Shown here one piece after another: positions 59,981 to 64,000 of a stretch of 64,000 nt of DNA. The DNA comes from Selaginella moellendorffii (taxonomy: Eukaryota > Plantae > Lycopodiophyta): contig NW_003314277.1 of assembly GCF_000143415.4 (NCBI RefSeq), forward strand, positions 1,749,185 to 1,813,184, in the 5' to 3' direction. The position numbers and the translations under genes are program-made. The stretch's first letter is position 1. Each line of letters opens with the position of its first letter. The notes beneath the pieces are model-generated. The model was given only the letters and a program-made list of their open reading frames with translations. It ran no database searches and was not told the DNA's origin.

Positions 59981-60787
59981 CTAATACGGGTCAAGGGGTG
60001 AAAGCCCAAAGCGTGCGTCTCCCAAGGGCAGGGGGGGGGGGGGGGGGGGAGGGGGTGCAGTGGGTTCCAAAGTATAGTAGGGATAGTGAGGTCCAGGAAC
60101 CAGTCTTGAAGGAACTCTCTAGTGGTGCTTCCAAATTGACTTGAGGTTGAGATTGGGGTCGAGGGGCCTTGGGTGGGAGTGAGCATGGACTCGGGTGGTG
60201 CCAAAGGGGCCACCCAAGGAAGTGCTCAAGAGCAACTCCCACTCCCGAAAGGGAAACTAACTGCGGTGCTCCCGGCTCATGTGGAGTGGTGCCCCACTTG
60301 AGTACCTTCTGGTTCATTGGTCCTCACCCTTCCTAGGGGCTTGGACCTTTCCTTCGGGATGGAAGTGGGGGGGTAGAAGTACCCATACCGGGCCGTTAGG
60401 CCATGATGTTTTACCCCGGCATCCCAAACATGTGTTGCACCCAAGACTTGGGATTTAGAGGGTCCCATGATCAAGTCTTGTGGTACCAAGGGAGATTAGG
60501 AACCTAAAGGCTTTGTGTGCTTAGCTGCTTGTGCCTGCAGGGAGTGTAACCGAACCTTAAATCCAGTCTAACTCGGGGAGGGGGATTGGGAGAGATTTGG
60601 GAATCCATGGATGGATGGCTAACGCTCCATTGCTCGTGTAGTGAATAGCTAAAACCAAGTAGAACCAAGTAAGGGCTGGTACCATAGGTGGGAACCTTAG
60701 TGAGGAAACTTAGTTAAAGCCAAGGTAGTGTTGGTCGAATAGATGAGGTAAGCTGGCAAATTGGAAAGGAAAAATTTGTGGCTTACA

Positions 60788-62004
60788 CACTGCCACTGAA
60801 TCAAGGCCCACAGGCCCGACCACTAAATCCCACGGTCCTTTGGGACTTCTTCACCACATGACTATATCCTTGGTCACTACACCAGAGGACTACTCCTCTT
60901 CCTTTCCACAACTTGGTACTTTGGGACAACGATTTGGAACACCATAGCATTACACGAGCCTCATGGGTACTCTCCCTGCCTTCCACCTTTGGGTGCTCTA
61001 GCCATAGGCTTAGAGTGAGGTTCCGTTAAGCCATGCCAGGTATCCAAGTAGGTAGTGCCACCCACACTTGGATTGGGAGCATCAACCATTCGATCTCCCG
61101 AAGGAACTAGAGCTGGCTCTTGAACACTTTACCAAGCTACCCCATTTGTCGATCCGTATTCACTTTAGCCTTGGACTTCCCAGTGGTCATCCCATCACCC
61201 AACAACTGGGTATGGCCTTCCTGGGCCAAACTAGCCTTTCCTGGCCAAATTGGCTCCATTGGGGTCCAGGCCCCACACTCTCCTTACTATACTTTTGGAA
61301 CCCCCTGCAGCCACACCCCCCCCCCCCCCCCCCCCAAGGGGACGATCGCTTTGGGCTTTCACCCAACAGCCTGTATTAGTATTCGGACTCGGACTCGGAC
61401 TCGAACTCAAACTCGGACTCAGACTTGGTCTCGGTCTCGGATTCGGACTTAGACTCGGTCTCGGTCTCGGATTCGGACTCGGACTCGGTCTCGGTCTCGG
61501 TCTTGGTCTCGGTCTCGATCTCAGATTCAGACTCGGACTCGGTCTTGGTCTCGGTCTCGATCTCAGATTCAGACTCGGACTCGGTCTTGGTCTCGGTCTC
61601 AGTCTCGGTCTCGGTCTCGGTCTTAGTCTCGGTTCCATCTTGGACTCCATCTCGGGTCCATCTCAGACTCCATCTCGGGTCCATCTCAGACTCTATCTCG
61701 GGTCCATCTCGGACTCCAGCTCAGGTCCCTCTCAGACTCCATCTCGGACTCCATCTTAGGTCCATCTTGGGTCCATCTTGAACTCCATCTTAAGTCTGCT
61801 TGTGTCCCTTTTCTAGAGGCTTACTTATTGATCACTTCATGCTCGTTCCGCAAGCACTTTATTAGGAGTTCCACTCCCACTCTTGACTTTTCGAGTGGGA
61901 GCTTTTAGTCCAAATATATTAATGCTTGTTTGGCCTCTGCTTTGGCCACTACCATGTGACACCCTCTTGGCTCCACTTTAGGGCTTAGGGATTTGTGTCT
62001 CACA
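60788..62004 (-). mobile_element. LTR (minus strand) related to 52720-53686, truncated at the chromovirus 3' LTR
   Basis: Begins TGTGAG at 62004; hexamer array 61380-61790; poly-C tract ~61315-61335; similarity to 52728-53300 starts at the chromovirus end. Confidence 0.75.
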
Positions 62005-62464
62005 ACTTGATTGTAAAAAACTAAAGGGAATAATTTGATAGACGATCCATACGGTTAAGGGTCTTGGGATATTTAGGGTTAAATGTCCTTGGGTTCAAAT
62101 AGTACTTGGAGTGACTTCTTAGGAAGTCCAAATTCAAGAGCTTATATTTGGTATTAAAGAGATCTTGACTCTGACTTTATTGGTTAGTTTACATGTTGAG
62201 ATTGACAGTTTAGTTGCCTCCAATTGGGCTCGACCCAAGGGGTAGGGTGTTAAGAGAACAAGGCTCTCAAGAGAGCTACGGCTCTTAGCTTCCGTTCACG
62301 AGGGTGTGAATTTATAGGGAAGTTTGGTAAATTCTAAGCAACCAAAAGGAACAACTCGAGAGATGATCTATATAGGCTTTAGGATATTTGGGGTTAAACG
62401 TCCTTAGGTTTGAATATTATTGGGTCAAGTGATCTCCTAGAAAATCCAAATTCAGGAGCTTATA
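62005..62464 (+). mobile_element. TRIM-like miniature LTR element
   Basis: Partial LTR 62005-62146; PBS TGGTATTAAAG at 62149; ~100-bp non-coding interior; PPT AAGGGGTAGGG; LTR 62248-62464 (TGTTAAG..GAGCTTATA). Confidence 0.65.
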
Positions 62465-62935
62465 TGCTTGTGCTTAAGTCTAGTCTAATCTAGAGAGGGG
62501 GATTGAGAGAGAATTTGGGAATCTATGAATGAATAGCTAACACTCTATTTCTTGTATAATGAGTAGTTAAAACCAAGTAGGACTAAGTAGGAGCTATTAC
62601 AATAGGCAATAACTTTAGCAAGTGAACTTAATCAAGGCTAAGGCACTGATGGTCAAATAAACAAGGTAAGCTAATAAATTGTGATTTATAATTTGGTATC
62701 AAAGTGGGTCTTGGATTTAACTCTATTGGTTGGCTAGAGGAATCACACTAAATGTTGAAATTGACATTTGGCAGGTTTAGTTTGCCTCTGGCTGGGCTCG
62801 ACCTGAGGGGTAAGGTGTTAAGAGAGCAGGCTCTCGAGAGAGCTGCAGCTCTCAACTTCTGTTCACAAGGGTGTAAATTTGTAGGAAAGTGTGGTGGATT
62901 GTAAGCAACCAAAGAAAACAACTTAAGAGACAGAA
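62465..62935 (+). mobile_element. Chimeric fragment: chromovirus-type U5 + PBS + TRIM interior + partial TRIM LTR
   Basis: 62470-62690 resembles 54260-54493; PBS TGGTATCAAAG at ~62694; 62700-62930 resembles 62160-62360. Confidence 0.6.
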
Positions 62936-62999
62936 ATAATATTAATAAAGGAATTGATATACCACCATGGGAAAACCATACAAGCCACGACATGATCCT

Positions 63000-63640
63000 C
63001 CGCAACACCATTTAGTAAAACAAGTTTATCATTGCTAGATCATTATCGAGTAAAGCAAGTATCAATGGTCTTTAATAAAGTTTACTAGCAATCATTAATT
63101 GCAAAGAAACCAACAATCATTCTTCAACTTACCTTCATAAGACCCAAACACTAAACTCATGTCATCGAGTCATATATTTATCCAACATGAACGTAATACC
63201 CCAGGTATGAAATAAAAGCTCATGAACAAGCACAAACTAAATGACCACTCAAATCGAATCAAACTGCAATAAACTCACTAAAACATTTAGCCAATAGCTC
63301 TAAACATGTCTTGAAGAGGCTAGCTATGCATGATGAATACTCAGTCAAAACTAAAGTGAAGACAATAAAATGGATTTATAGTGGTACACAACCTCCTCAT
63401 AGACAAAACTATATTACAAGTACTAACATTTCAACTTTTTGCAACTTCAAAGGTTTATATGAATATCAAGTGCCAATTCAATTTGACAAAATGTAACATA
63501 AATGCCACACCCCATCAGTAGAGATTTATAACACCAAACACCACTAACTTTTATTCACAACTCAAACAAGTTTATGCTATCTCTTTTTGACCAAACTCAA
63601 AACTAATCTAACACCAAGTTACTTAAGGAGCAATAGCAAG
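63000..63640. repeat. AT-rich dispersed repeat related to 45880-46240 and 48320-48420
   Basis: Shared strings such as CCAAACACTAAACTCAT, GAGCTAG.TATG.ATGAT and CACA.CCCATCA.TA.AGATTTATAACAC. Confidence 0.55.
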
Positions 63641-64000
63641 GTTTCCTATAAAAGAATTGAGCAACTCAAGTCTTCAATAGCAAGCCTAAACAAAATGGTT
63701 TAACATTTCACCACTATCCATTCCACAACTCATCATTTGTAAGACCATCATTTCCAACATGCACCAAAATAAAGGTTCTTAATTGCATGATATGAATATG
63801 AGCAATAAGTTAACATCTTGTTGTAAATCATTTCTCCCAAAAGAGAAAATGATTTATGCATTTGATCCTTTGTCCTTGAGGACTCTCTTTTCAATCTCAT
63901 CTTTAACCAAACCTGAAGCTTGTATTTGCCCTGTCTTCAGTCCAATCCAAGAAAAGTTTATGAAAAAGCACAACAAGAACTACTTAAATTAATAGATTTA

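Larger units (their letters stand above)
53892..60787 (+). mobile_element. Near full-length chromovirus (Ty3/gypsy with chromodomain integrase), inactivated by point stops
   Basis: 5' LTR (partial, gap) ends ..GCTTACA at 54493; Met-type PBS TGGTATTGGAGC 54497-54508; gag ATG 54553; CYNCGEAGHFSREC; ILIDTG; YIDDILIYS; ETDASD; HHCC and DDE integrase; chromodomain EYEVEAIL..FHVKWKGF ~59095-59262; PPT; 3' LTR 59703-60787 (TGT..ACA). Confidence 0.93.

Noticed and set aside
61380-61790. Possible CRISPR-like array
   Set aside because: Eukaryotic context; contiguous hexamers with no unique spacers and no cas genes.

Overview
Plant nuclear DNA. The very compact genes, ~45-80 bp introns and intronless PLS-class PPR gene suggest the lycophyte Selaginella (inference). 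Bases 1-28.7 kb are gene dense: mTERF, G3BP/NTF2, a MinC-domain membrane protein, an F-box protein, ARPC1, three kissper-repeat secreted Cys-rich proteins, an atypical plastid thioredoxin, an LPR1-like multicopper oxidase, PPR, TRM3/TARBP1 and GPAT. Two head-to-head short-LTR Ty3/gypsy elements, a purine permease and an MLO gene follow. From ~42 kb the window is nested LTR-retrotransposon debris that includes a near-complete chromovirus. Top observations: (1) the chromovirus integrase is interrupted by two canonical GT-AG introns, and a third predicted intron would remove the primer-binding site, which could separate translated mRNA from reverse-transcribed RNA; (2) a predicted plastid-targeted MinC C-terminal domain is fused to a ~4-TM domain; (3) a cluster of stand-alone tandem-kissper proteins lacks the kiwellin barrel. 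All exon and intron calls were read by eye.
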